A stretch of 63,676 bases of DNA, filler included, from Octopus bimaculoides (lineage: Eukaryota), in the NCBI RefSeq assembly GCF_001194135.2. It is 5 parts of 4 records of this genome, joined end to end, with 100 filler letters (N's around TTAATTAATTAA, not from the genome) between each part and the next. Parts side by side here need not be neighbours in the genome. Positions count along the whole stretch, not along the records: positions 35,709 to 56,136 come from NC_068987.1; 4 more parts are not named here. One strand, given 5' to 3'. Below the pieces are notes generated by a model that was not told where the DNA came from, searched no databases, and was given only the letters and a program-made list of their open reading frames with translations. The number at the start of each line of letters is the position of its first letter. Positions within the stretch are counted from its first letter, which is position 1. This document shows positions 39,639 through 52,189 of the stretch, in pieces. The position numbers and the translations under genes are program-made.

Positions 39639-40590
39639 TCATATAAGTTCACTGTCATGTGATACAACCAATCTGTCTTTCCTATTGAATTTAGCCATGC
39701 ATTTTAAGTTAGGTGGCCATCCATTGTTTGGGGTTGAGCTGATCACCGACCTGAGATGAACAATAGTTGGGGTTGATTTGAACAGCTTGAACTGCTGTTT
39801 CAGAGAAGATGTACTATTCCCATTTGTCTTGTGGAGTGAGACCAAATAGAATAGAAACAGTTTCTGCCAATCCAAGGTGTTGTTGGATAGGCAGACATTC
39901 TTCAGCAGTTTCGATAGAACATGAGCGAAACAAGTCCAAGTACCGTTAGGGATCTGATTGATGAGCTTCAGCTTGGACAAGCCCTGGAGGGTGGCAGCAA
40001 AATCCTCAACAGGGATCTGGACTTCAAAGCAAGGTTCTATCCTACTAAGGATGTCAGAGCTGAAGTGACATTCGTTGCATGTCCAGTTAGAAAAACTTTC
40101 GGCTTGGACCTTAGTAATGCCGATGCAGCTCCTGTAGTAACTTAGACTACACAAGTGGCATTTGATGGTCTTCAAATAGCAACTTGCACAGATGCAGGGA
40201 ACACAACTTGGAGGTAAACTGGCAGTATCAGAGGAGTCAACATTAGAATTAGAATTCATACAGGGAGTGGGGTGGTAGTGGAGGAGGAATGGCACTGGAG
40301 ATAGAGAGGGTAGCTGAGTGTAACTCTGGTGGTGGGACTTGGGTGGGATGCAAGAGGTAATGCAGGCAGGCTGGCTGTAACAGGAGTGGTGGGATGAAGA
40401 AGGGGTGGTGGAGGAAGGTTTAGCGATAGAAGTAGAGAGGGGAGCTGAAGAAGAGCATTAATACTAGAGAAGGGGGTTTGGCTGGGGTGGGGGACAGGAG
40501 GCGATGGCGGCAGGCTGGCTATTATAGGAGTTGTGGGGTGAATAAAGGGACAAGCTGAACTAATACCTGCTGAATCTGACAATGGAAGGG
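39639..40590 (-). mobile_element. CRE-like non-LTR retrotransposon 5' fragment with a PHD-like finger
   Basis: Pro-rich segment, then CASC..CHLC..YYRSC..CNEC, then LINQIPNGTW..LSKLLKNV..DWQKLFLF (resembles the RIPKGAR..W..L motif of CRE-type ORFs). Confidence 0.5.
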
Positions 40591-40829
40591 GTGGGAGAGA
40601 GATAGGGGAAATGAATTAACTTCCCTAGAATGTGATGAAATCATTGAACTATGCTGGTCTCTTGGTTACTCACTGCATGGCTCAAAACTTGTTAATTAAT
40701 CAATTTATTTATTTATTTTACTTTGTTTTTCCTCCCCTCCAGTAGACTGCCAATGCAAAGTCCAACCATGTGTACATATATATATATATGTGTGTGTGTG
40801 TTTGTGTACACACATATATATATGTATGT

Positions 40830-40869
<40 letters not shown>

Positions 40870-40893
40870 GTATGTATGTAGTGTACATATATA

Positions 40894-41762
40894 CGAGGTG
40901 ATAACAAAATGTTCTTGGACTAGTTATGTTTAATAAAGAATAACTTATTTACCTAAGTTTTAACATCATTGCCTTCAAAATAGTCACCTTGCATGGCAAT
41001 ACACTGGTCCCAGTGTTCCTGCCACTTTTGGAATGTGGCCTGGAAGTTTTTTTCTGTAAGCAGGTCAGGGACTTTCTGTGATTCACTCAGGATCTTGACA
41101 ATGGTTTTAAAATGGCAACCTTTGAGTTGCATTTTCATCTTGGGGAAGAGATAGAAATCCACAGGTCGGGTGCGGAAGCAATATAATGTTTTTGGTAAGA
41201 AACTTGTGAGTGAGGAGAGTTTGGTGAAGAATTTAATTCTTTGTGTTCCATAGATCCAGCCACTTTCATCAAACGTCCTCCCTCAAATGCTTCAAAATGT
41301 TGCAGTTGAACTCTTGATTGATGGTCTTTTCCTGGGGGATAAATTCTCAATGCACAATTTCCAGGGATGATGCTTGTAGCTGGTTTTCCAGATTGCTCTT
41401 AATTTTCCTGGAAGGTTCTTCTGCTTTTTGAGGTGCCTGTGCCACTCAAACCATTGTGTACAAACCATTGCCTTGTCATTGTAAGCTTGCCAAATCATGC
41501 TCAATGTTTCTGTAGCAGACTTCCCAAGTTAAATGCAAAATTTCATGTTGACTCTTTGTTCCTATCCATGACAAAATCTCAGACTATAGCATACACTTGA
41601 TCACAAAAACACAAATTTCACAACTTGTGAAGTAAACACAGTGATATCACGCAGCACACTACCTCATGAAGGTCATAGCTAGCTCTCACTGCACACACAA
41701 CCGTATCTGTCATCTAAGGGTGCACTATAGTACTAGCTAAGAGACTTTTTGATACCACCTTG
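40894..41762 (-). mobile_element. Internally deleted mariner element
   Basis: TIRs (cgaggtgataacaaaa / tttttgataccaccttg) flanked by TA. N-terminal QAY..AM...WFEW and C-terminal DFYLFPKMK...WDQCIAMQGDYFEG remain; the central catalytic part is missing. Confidence 0.85.
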
Positions 41763-42369
41763 TATATATGTGTACACATATATAATCATCATATATATAT
41801 ATATATATATATATATTTCAAAATAATTTTTCTATTGTCTTGGCCTAACAGCCCTTACCGTTTGTTTTCACTGTTCTGTCTTGTTTTTAATGTCTTTTAC
41901 TGTCTTGTTCTCACTGTCCTGTTCTTGTTTACACTTTCACCCTCCTCAAAAAATTCCAAATTTAATTAATTTGCTTTGTGGGAAGGACTGTTCCAACGAA
42001 GTCACGTATTGTCCTTGCCTTCGAAATGCGGAGTAGATGGAACAGGGACAACTGAAGAAGGGCAATATTCTTTATGTTGCATGTCTTGTTTCTCTGTTTG
42101 TTTTTTTCGTTGTCTGAAAAAAAGTTCGTTTTCTGTCTTCGTCTTTATGTTCTTGTTTCTCATTGTGTTTAACGTTTTTTGTGATGTCCTGAACCCATAT
42201 ATGCATGTATATATACATATAGATGTAGGTATGTACATATATGTATGGATATATGCATATGTTTATATATTATTTATGTTATGTATGTATGTATGTATGT
42301 ATGCATGCATGTTTGTGTACATATACAGATGAATGCCCTCTGTAAGTCACTTTATCTTCAATGTATTGC

Positions 42370-42660
42370 TTCTCTGGGCATTGACACATTAAAGTTCAAC
42401 ATCTAGCAGCTGACTTGGTAGAAGTCCACAAGATTATTCACCATCTTTCCAACAACAGCTTTGACCACCTTTGTAAATTCAATACCTCTACCAATCATGG
42501 ATATGCATATAAAATTAAAAAGAAACAGTGCAGCAACCATGACTTCTGGAAACATTTTTCATGTTCAGAATTGTTGCAGTGTGGAATAAACTACCCATGT
42601 CAATTGTTTGCTGTCAGGACTCTGCATCCTTCAAAAATTCCATGCCTCCTGACATGCCTT
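42370..42660 (+). mobile_element. CR1-clade LINE 3' end
   Basis: AADLVEVHKIIH...GYAYKIKK...FRIVAVWNKLP. Confidence 0.75.
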
Positions 42661-42774
42661 TGCACCCTTTCTTCTCTATGAGTCTTTTAATGTTCATTTT
42701 TCTGTCTTCTACAGTTTTATTTTGTGTACTATGGCTTTCATTGCTGTATTGGCATTTGCCTTTATCTTAGACAA

Positions 42775-42920
42775 CATAGGTGGCAAGGAGAGGGGAAACT
42801 GGTATGTATGGGCAACTGCTGGTCTTCCACAATCTTGCATGGACTTGTGCCTTGGTGGGGAACTTTCTTTGTGCAATTCTATGGTTATTCATGACTGAAG
42901 AGGGTCTCTACCCTTAACCC
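42775..42920 (+). mobile_element. Degenerate SINE 3' region
   Basis: Resembles the SINE body type seen near 58850-58910. Weak. Confidence 0.35.
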
Positions 42921-43254
42921 TAGTGCACCTCAGTATTGTATACAATTAGTCATTATTTTTAGATGACATTAAATTGCTTTTGTTAAACGATGATGATGAT
43001 GATGTATGTGTACATACATATATATCACATATATATGTATGTGTACACACACACACACACACACATATATAGGTTATGTTTAAAATTAAAGTTTAGATAG
43101 GAGACTTTAAAATGAAGTATCCAAACCTTGATCTGAGTATGTCTGTGGTCATGTAACTTGGGAACATGTTCACCTAATACAGCTACCAGGCATCATCTGC
43201 AGTCCTGCACTTTAGTCGGAGGTCTATGTGAGGAATTCATTGGTGTACGTTTAG

Positions 43255-43695
43255 TATATCTAAAATAATTGATAGGGAAAACTGAGTGTACTGTAAGTTT
43301 TATTTAGCAAGACAATCATTTCAGCTTACTTCTGCACTGCTTCCTAGTGGGTGGGGAACAATATAATGTAATCGAATGCACTCAGCAGTGCAGAAGAAAC
43401 CTCATCAGGTTATGTAATATGCTACAGTGTAATAATATGTACATTTTTCTACTGTGTATGGTAGGATGGTATGATGCATGCATTTATAGTAGTTCACAAA
43501 TTCATTAATGTACATATTATTACACTGTAACATATTATGTAATCTGATGAAGTTTCTTCTGCATGTGGGGTACATTTGATTACATTATATCATTCCCCAC
43601 CCACTAGGCAGCAGTGCAGATATAAGCCGAAATGATCGTTGTGCTAAATAAAGCTTACAATATGTCTTCCCTATCACTTACTTAAAATATATATA
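43255..43695. mobile_element. Fold-back MITE with ~190-bp imperfect inverted arms
   Basis: Left arm tgataggga..tttatttagca..atcatttc.gctta..tctgcactgct.cctagtgggtggggaa...gtgtaataatatgtacatt has its reverse complement at ~43505-43695. Confidence 0.85.
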
Positions 43696-44114
43696 TATTG
43701 CAATATACGGATTCATGGAATCTTGTGGTAATCGTGAAAAAGCTCCTCCAGTGGAACTGGCTACAATATATATTATAATACTTCATAGGTATGTTGACTC
43801 ATTCAAACAGACAAGATGTATATAATCCTTCATAAGCNNNNNNNNNNNNNNNNNNNNNNNNNNNNNNNNNNNNNNNNNNNNNNNNNNNNNNNNNNNNNNN
43901 NNNNNNNNNNNNNNNNNNNNNNNNNNNNNNNNNNNNNNNNNNNNNNNNNNNNNNNNNNNNNNATAGGTATGTTGACTCATTCAAACAGACAAGATGTATA
44001 TAATCCTTCATAAGCGAACCTCTATGCACTTGAAATGTCAAAACGATATATATTAAATAATCAAGAGAAAATTAAAAACCAGAATCAGTCGAATCTGCTC
44101 AAAGTTCAAACATA

Positions 44115-45631
44115 CACTGAGCCGCAAAAGGAATTCGATTTTTTTCAAATGTCATTTCAATATAGTAAATTCTGAAAATTTATTTCAGGGATGTAAATGT
44201 AAACATTCCAAGACATGCTGGTTTATGGCTGAGACCCAAATTGCAGGTAACCTTTCAACTTTCCCTGAAACAAGATGCCAAAACTTAACTGTGTTGAATG
44301 TCGTGGGTAGCAGTCACAAACAATTGTCACAAAAATCGAAATGCATGTGCATCTCATGGAGGTTATGGGTATAAAACTGCATTCCTGGCATTCGCAATTT
44401 AGATGCATCAGGTATGTGGTATTGTGCAGTGCAGAGAGAAGAAGCTATCGGTTGAATGCAAGCAGGGTAGTGTGCCCTGGTTGTTACGAAAGCTTACAAT
44501 GTCCATGTCAGCACCATCTATTGCCTGCAACAGCAATACAACACCACCGACAGTACTGCAGATGATGCCCGAAGAAGGTGCCCCTGCATGACCACGCTGA
44601 GGCAGGACCACTTTATCCACCTGCAACACCTCCGTGATAACTTCAGACTGGCCAGCGTGACAGCTCGTGAGACCATTGGCACTGGACAGTGACCCATCAG
44701 CGATGACACAGTAAGACATTGACAGATTACCAACAACCTGCATTGCCATCATCCTGCTTGAGGACCTGTCCTCACTGCCTGCCACCGTCAGGCACAGCTA
44801 TAGTGGGCTACACAGCACTGACACTGGTGACCTCAACAATGGAGGTCAATAGTCTTCTCTGATGAGAGCCAGTACTGTGTTACCACCTCAGATGGCAGCG
44901 AAGGTGTGGTGTAGGAGGTATGAATGCTACAGAGACACATGTTTTCTGGAGAGAGACGTATGGGGTGGCAAAAGCATCATGGCTGGAGGTGCTATAGGCC
45001 TGAATCAAAGTATTGGGCCCCATGTGTTCCAAAATGTTGGTGTAGGTGGAGGGAATGGCATCACAGCGCAGCGCTACATTGACCAGATCCTAAGACCTCA
45101 CATCGCGCCCTTCTTCGAGCATCGCTGTAGCCACATGTTCCAGCAGGACAATGCTCCCTCCCACATGGCCAGGGTCACCATGGACTTTCTGCATCAGCAC
45201 AACATCAGAACCATGCCATGGCCAGTGCTCAGCTCAGATTTGAACCCAATTGAACACCTGTGGGATGAAATCCAGAGATGGCTGAACCAGGTTGTCCCAA
45301 AGCTGACAACTCATGTGGAACTGGAGGCAGCTTTCCTCAGAGTGTGGGCACAGGTGCCAATGGCTCTTGTGAACTGCCTCATGCACTCCATGTACCAATG
45401 GTGTATGGCCGTTTTAAAGACCCATGGAGGGCATACATAGTATTGAACATGTCACGCCCTTGACGTGCTGGATCTGTCCACTATCAGAATACATGACAAC
45501 GTCCCTTAGACTGTGGTCAAAGTGCATCCAAGAAACTGACTTTATCAGATTTATCAAAATTTATCTCTGACATAATGAAATCAAAATATATTTCAGTCAC
45601 ACATATCTCACGTTTCTTTTGCGGTTCAGTG
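44115..45631 (+). mobile_element. Full-length Tc1-like element (DD34E), transposase inactivated
   Basis: TIRs cactgagccgcaaaag / cttttgcggttcagtg with TA on both sides. HTH region has stops. Catalytic region FQQDNAPSH...DLNPIEHLW has 34 residues between D and E. Confidence 0.92.
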
Positions 45632-45845
45632 TATACTAAGTCTTTCCTGTGGTGCTTCAAATTAGTGCCCTTAAATGTTAATGAGTAAACTGTCTTTTAG
45701 ATTTCATTATAAGGACACTATTACACCAACATATAAATACACACACCTATGTGTTCATGTATATACACACAAATACATTTTCCCATTTTTTATAAACATT
45801 TATATATACTATGTTACCTTCAATGTCCTTTTTATGGAGCTGTCG

Positions 45846-45955
45846 GCATCCATCTGCATCCATCTGCATCCATCTGCATCCATCTGCATCCATCTNNNNN
45901 NNNNNCATCTGCATCCATCTGCATCCATCTGCATCCATCTGCATCCATCTGCATC
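45846..45955. repeat. 10-bp tandem repeat (CATCCATCTG)n, interrupted by a gap
   Basis: Direct inspection. Confidence 0.95.
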
Positions 45956-45989
45956 ACATGATCAAATCAGCACAGCAACTAATTCCTCT

Positions 45990-47620
45990 TATACCTAACT
46001 CCTCTCTCGAAACACTAGCACTCTGCTGAACATGTACACTTAGTCCACTACATTCAGGGCCCATGTCTCACTACCATGTAGAATTGCTGTCCATATATAT
46101 GCATCATGCAATCTTCCTTTCACTCAGAAAAGAAACCTCTTGTGGCCAGCAGAGGTAACAACTATCTGAATTTCCTCCAACCTATTCTAGTTATCACACT
46201 CTCTGTGCATCATCACCAATACTAATTTGGTCCCCTAGGTAGCAGAAATTATCTACTAGCTCTAGTGAGCCACCAGAGCATTTGAGAGAATCAATTTCCT
46301 GAGTCTCTAAAGTTTTCATGGATCCTGTGCATCTTCCACATATGAAAACTATCCTCTCTGATAACCTTATTAATCCACTGCACCTCTTGTGTGTCCATAG
46401 CTTACACTGGGTACACTGTATGGAGTTCTTGCCTACACCTTTCCTACAAATTGAACAGGGCCACCTACCTGAGATGGGTAGTGTCCTGTCAGTTTTCCTA
46501 CTTAGTAGCACCTTAGTCTTTGCTAAGTTAACCTTAAGGCCCTTCGATTCGAGATTTTGCTTCCACACCTACAATTTCTCATCTAGCTCTGATATAGACT
46601 CTGCCATGAGGGCAAGATCATCAGCAGTTCCCAAGTGCTGCTGGTCTTGAATTCCTACATTATGGCCTGGAGGACAGTGATGAAAAGGAGGGGACTAAGG
46701 ACTGAACCTAAATGAACCCCTACCTGTACACAAAATTCTTTACTGTACTTGTGGTTAACTCTCGCATTACTGAAAGCATCTTTGTACATGGTGTGTACAG
46801 CTTTCACCAGCTGCTCATCTGTCCTTAGCCTCCTCAGAGCCCACCATATCACCCAGTGGGGCACTTTATTGAAGGCTTTCTCTAGATCAACGAATGCCAA
46901 GTATAATGTTTATTCTTAGCTAAATACTTCTCTTGCAGTTGCCTGACTGTGAAAATAGCATCAGTAGTGCTTCTTTGCTGGACAAAGCCGAACTGCATTT
47001 CGGCTAGCCTAATTCTGCTCCTAGTTAATTGGGCTATACCACTTTTAGTAATTTTCATCACCTGGTCCTGGAGTTTGATGCCTCTATAATTGATTCTATC
47101 AAAAGAATCACCCTTACCCTTGTAGCAGCTAACAATTACACTGCTATGCCAGTCACTGGATATTACATCTTTCTGAATGATCTGATTATGCAGGTGACTA
47201 GCCCATATCCTACCATACCGGATATTTTGAGCATCTCAGCTGTGATTCTAGACGGACCAGGGGCTTTCCTGGTTTTCATGTTTTAATTGCCTTATCTATC
47301 ATACTGCTGTCCACTAGGATAGCCAGTCCCTCTGTTGGGTTAACATGAGGGAGACTCCCTTTATACCATTCATTCTCTACATTCAACAGTCTCACATTGT
47401 AACTTTTCCATGCCTCTTTCTTATCCATATCACTAAGTGCAAGCATATCATTATCTATCAGCACACACTGTCTAGCAATCTGGAACACTTCAAGTCTCTG
47501 ATCTTCACACAGTAGGACACAGACAAACCTATTCTTTGCTGCTTCTACTCTAGCTAGATAGACCTGATGTCTAGCCTCACATACACAGGAAGCACGCAAG
47601 ACAGATGGAATACCTTATAC
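45990..47620 (-). mobile_element. RTE-clade LINE remnant (RT plus PHD-like finger)
   Basis: AFVDLEKAFNKVP, GVHLGSVLSPLLF, GLKVNLAKTK, CSIC..CTQC..HKRC..CGRC, FCYLG. Frameshifted. Confidence 0.9.
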
Positions 47621-47720
47621 AATTTTAGTTAGAACTTCAGATAAAGAAAAACCAAACAAAGAATATACAATAGAAACGATGAAATATTTTAGAAGTCAAC
47701 TCAAATTGATATTTCACAGC

Positions 47721-47726
47721 TTTATT
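47721..47726 (-). terminator. Candidate poly(A) signal AATAAA of the ZNF gene
   Basis: tttatt on the plus strand ~520 nt downstream of the stop, within AT-rich UTR-like sequence and before the RTE fragment. Confidence 0.4.
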
Positions 47727-48245
47727 TGATTTTTGTTTGAAAGAGATAACTCTATTTCAATGATTTAACTTTAATAATAACAAATGCAATAGTTCACATA
47801 AAGAAATCATTTGGATGATGAGATTAAAATTATGTTTAAAGTAAAAGCATTGATTTACAAATCTCATCTTGAAAATATTTATAAGCACTTCTCAAGAATC
47901 ATTGTCGGGAAACTTGTTCCTGTAATATACAGATACGAATTAAAAAGAACAAGATGACAGCTTAATAACGAACTTTCATCTGGTTTTTCTATATTTGTGG
48001 CAATGGTCTTGTCTAGTAATGTTCCCATGGAAAGAAAAGAGATCAGAACATAAAAGGTGTCAATCTACTCACAAACTTCTTTGCACTTTATAGCTAGAAG
48101 ACTTAGCTGTTTCATTTATGAAAAACCAAGTGGTTGCCTTGAAAACACAACTGAAATGGCAAGAATGTTCTCCATAAGCAATCTGTCAGACAGTGTTATT
48201 ACTGAAGGTATTTTATGACATATATCTTTGCAGTAAAGTTTGTCT

Positions 48246-49862
48246 TCAGGTATGCATTTGTGTGTGAGTAGTTAAATTACCTTTTTGAGAAAATGATTTT
48301 CCACAGATATCACAATGGTATGGTCTATCACGAGTGTGTTTCCATTTATGACTAGATAAGTGAACATTCTGAGAGAATGTTTTACCACAAACATTGCATT
48401 GGTATGGTCTATCTCCTGTGTGTACACGTTTATGACAAGATAGATTACCTCTCTGAGAGAATGTTTTACCACAAACATCACAGTGATATGGTCTATCTCC
48501 TGTGTGAATACGTTTATGACAAGATAGTTCACTACTTATGGAAAATGCTTTATTGCAGATATCACAATGGTATGGTTTTTCTCCTGTATGAATACGTTTG
48601 TGACAAATTAAACTACCACTCTTAGAGAATGTTTTACCACAAATATCGCAGTGGTATGGTCTGTCTCCTGTGTGTACACGTATGTGGCTGGATAACTCAC
48701 CATTCTGAGCAAATGTTTTACCACAAATATCACAGTGATATGGTTTCTCTCCAGTGTGAACGCGACTGTGACGAGATAAATGAGCATTCATTGAAAATGT
48801 TTTGCCACAGATATCACAGTGATATGCACCCCTTCCTTCATGGGTTTGTTTGTGACGAGTTAACTGATTAGTAAGAGAGAATGTTTTACCACAGATATCA
48901 CAGCAATGTGGTTTCTTACCTGTATGGAGGTGTTGGTGACATGTTAATGCATTCTTTCGAGAGAATGTTTCCCCACAAACATCACAATGGTATGGTTTCT
49001 CTCCAGTGTGAATACGTTTATGACTAGATAAGCTACCACTTGCGGTGAATGCTTTACCACAGATATCACAGTAGTAGGGCCTGTCACCAGTGTGGATACG
49101 TTTATGGCGAGATAAACTACCACTTACAGAGAATGTTTTACCACATATATTACAGTGGTATGGCCTGTCACCTGTGTGTATCCTTTTATGACTATATAAA
49201 TTACTACTCTGAGAGAATTTTCTGTTACAGATATCACAATGATATGGCTTGTCTCCAGTGTGTTTTCGTTTGTGACGAGCTAGTTCACCATTGCAAGTGA
49301 ATTTCTTGCCACAAATATCACAAGAACATGGTTTCTCTCCAGTATGAGTACGTTTATGAGCTGTTAAATTTCCACTTGCAGAGAATGTTTTGCCACAGAT
49401 ATCACAACGAAATGGTTCTTCACCAGTGTGAATACGTTTATGAGAATACAGTGTACTATTTGATGTGAAAGTTTTACCACAGATATCACAGTGGTATGGT
49501 CTCTCTCCTGTGTGAATACGTCTATGAGAGTTCAATGAACTATTTGTAGTAAATCTTTTACCACAGATTTCACAAGGATAAGGCTTTGAGCCTGTGTGAA
49601 TTAGTTTATGTTGAATTAAATTACTAACTCTTGCAAATGTCTTTGCACAAATGTCACAGCAGTATGGTTTCTCTCCAGTGTGAGTACGTTTGTGTTCAGT
49701 AAGGTGACTGCTTTTTATGAACATCTTCCCACAGATACCACATGGATATGGTCTCTCTTTTGAATCTCTCAGGGTGTCATGAAATAAATCTTTATTCTTA
49801 TATTTAGTTTCTCTGTGAACATGGCTTTTACATAGCTTATTTGCCATAATTTCCACTGTATT
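48246..49862 (-). CDS. Tandem C2H2 zinc-finger protein, main coding exon (18 fingers, no KRAB/SCAN/BTB visible)
   Basis: Uninterrupted 536-aa ORF with 18 CxxC-12-HxxxH fingers and TGEKP/TGDRP linkers. Acceptor (tattttatAG) just upstream of 49862 puts the exon in phase 0 (AAT ACA GTG GAA ATT ATG). TGA at 48246-48248. Confidence 0.95.
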   Translation of the reverse strand, partial: NTVEIMANKLCKSHVHRETKYKNKDLFHDTLRDSKERPYPCGICGKMFIKSSHLTEHKRTHTGEKPYCCDICAKTFARVSNLIQHKLIHTGSKPYPCEICGKRFTTNSSLNSHRRIHTGERPYHCDICGKTFTSNSTLYSHKRIHTGEEPFRCDICGKTFSASGNLTAHKRTHTGEKPCSCDICGKKFTCNGELARHKRKHTGDKPYHCDICNRKFSQSSNLYSHKRIHTGDRPYHCNICGKTFSVSGSLSRHKRIHTGDRPYYCDICGKAFTASGSLSSHKRIHTGEKPYHCDVCGETFSRKNALTCHQHLHTGKKPHCCDICGKTFSLTNQLTRHKQTHEGRGAYHCDICGKTFSMNAHLSRHSRVHTGEKPYHCDICGKTFAQNGELSSHIRVHTGDRPYHCDICGKTFSKSGSLICHKRIHTGEKPYHCDICNKAFSISSELSCHKRIHTGDRPYHCDVCGKTFSQRGNLSCHKRVHTGDRPYQCNVCGKTFSQNVHLSSHKWKHTRDRPYHCDICGKSFSQKGNLTTHTQMHT

Positions 49863-50752
49863 CTATAAAATATACTAGAAATGCCTTGTTTGTTGGTTTG
49901 CTTTTAAGATTAATATTCATTGAAAATTTCTAACAAATGACAAGTATCAAATCCTATTTTCTTAAAAAGTAAAACTTGCAAAGAGAATTTGTAAAATATT
50001 GGCAACATTTGGTGTTGGTGCAGCTATAAGGAAACACAAGCTAGATTCCTCTGCTGGGTTTAATATTGTAATTAAAAATCAGAAAGCAAATGAAGAGTAA
50101 ATAATCTCTAGCTATCAAACTTTATAAACGAAACTTCAAAAACAAATACATTAGGCTCTTCCATGTTAGTAAAGGAGATGTGACTAGGTGTTGTTTCTAG
50201 TGTGATAAGAGGACAGACATAAATTACAACCTGGGACATGAAATATATCACGAATACCTAATACTGGTTCTCTAATTATTCACACAATGAAATGCCAACA
50301 GCAGGATATGAACAAACCACCCAAGAATATCCAAAGACCATTTTGCCTCAGATGCAATCCGACTGAATATTTATAGAACATTCCTCAAGTCATACAATTT
50401 ATCTCCAGCAAAGGTAGGAAATCTTTCCATTTATTGGAAATATTTCACAGTCATTCAGTCAAGGTTTTAAAAACAGCATCACATATGTTCTTGATCATTT
50501 CATAAATTCACTGTGGCATCTTGGGGTGATAAATTTCCATCTCAATGTCACCAGATATTCTGAAACAAGTATAAAATATAAAAAACAAATGTTAACGTGA
50601 GTTATTGGTAAGTATAAAATTGATCCAGTATGAAAAGTTAGGTAAGTAAGAAAGAAATGGAAAATATCTACAAAACCAAACCTCAATAGTATGGACATGT
50701 AGTGGAAATGAATGAGAATTGAGTGAAATTCGTCAGGAAAATGTAGACTTAC

Positions 50753-50801
50753 CTCCTGAGTATTGTAATTTTTCATTCTCATTTGACTAAATTTTAGACA
50801 A
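50753..50801 (-). CDS. Candidate upstream exon of the ZNF gene (ATG at 50782, encodes MRMKNYNTQE)
   Basis: ttttacAG acceptor and GAG|GTAAGT donor. The 30 nt from ATG to donor end in phase 0 and join in frame to the zinc-finger exon. Confidence 0.6.
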
Positions 50802-52189
50802 CTGTAAAACCTTGTGATATTATCTTATCTCTTTCAATATCTTAGTTCACTGAATTATTATTGATGTTGGCCTTATCTCATTAATTTACAGAAGACTTTC
50901 AGACTATCATTATGTAATTTTGGTAAAAACAAAACCAAAACCAACAAAATGCTCAAATTTTCTGGAATTGTCAATGTTAAATATTAAGCAGTAACACTTT
51001 TGGATGTAGAAAAAACAAAAGCTTTATATAATTTATAAAACAAACATGTCCTCACCCCTGCTTCTAATCAGGAAAGGTTATTCGGTGGAATTCTGCTGCA
51101 TATAACCTCTCATAAAATTAAAATTAAAATTNNNNNNNNNNACCTCTCATAAAATTAAAATTAAAATGAAAATTTTTTGAATTAAGAAAAAAAGTTTTTT
51201 CTTAATTTAAAAAAAAATTTCTTTAAAAATCATAATTTAAAATATAGAAGGCCTGAATTTTTTGCTTAAATACCAGCAATAGACCATTAAATGTGTTTAT
51301 GGGGAGAAAAGAACATCAATACGTCAGAGTAATAAGAAATGAGGAGGGTAGTGTCAAATGGTTGTGAGATGTGCTAAAAATAACACTAAATGTCCCTTAA
51401 ATCAAACACAAACATTTGTTTTTTCTTTTCATAATTGTAAGAATTCTTGTGTGTAGAACACAAATTTGCAAAAATTTTCTGAAAATTCCCCAAAATAAAA
51501 AAAATGTTATGAGGGGGTTATAAAGGGTGCTTAAAGCAGAATTCCACCAATTATTTCCCTTTAAGGGATGAATTCTCTTCAATTTTTGACAGTCTAGGCA
51601 ACCTGCCCCGCCACAAATGTTGAAATTGATCTAATTTTTGATATCATGTACTAACTCATGTTGTAGTACAACCTTAGATTAACTCCGACTGAACAAACCT
51701 TTGATTAAAAAACATTCCTGTCATAACTATTTTTTATTCAGCTGTATTATTACTGTATCCTAAAAGACTGTAGGCTGTGATATGCGAAACATTTCAGAGC
51801 TATTTCTGGCAGGTTGAATGACTGTATATGGTCACAACATCTATAAGAGGGAAGGAAAGAAGGAGAGGAATCAAAATATATGTCACAATGTATTTAGAAG
51901 AGGGAGAAAAAATCTGAGAAATTATGTGTATGTGTGTGTGAGAGAGAGAGAGAATGAAAGATACAGATATTTCTGCTAACACAGTAATTAACAAGTTTTG
52001 ACTAAAAATGCGGGAATTTTGAGTGCAAGTCTCAACACAATGGAACATAAACTTCAAAAAATGACTACATGTATATATATATATATGATAGACATAGCTA
52101 TTTTTATTCTTATTTCTGTTTGTCTTTCAACATATAGACACAGACTTCAAAAAAATAAATACATATATATAGTGACCAAGACCTTTGGA

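Noticed and set aside
40632-40720. GTGATGA as the C box of a snoRNA
   Set aside because: No D box (CTGA) at a suitable distance.
43783-44016. Identical ~54-bp sequence on both sides of a gap
   Set aside because: Likely unmerged contig overlap or collapsed tandem repeat. The same pattern occurs at 51104-51170.
48272-49300. Several overlapping ORFs in other frames or on the opposite strand within the ZNF exon
   Set aside because: By-products of the repetitive zinc-finger codon pattern.
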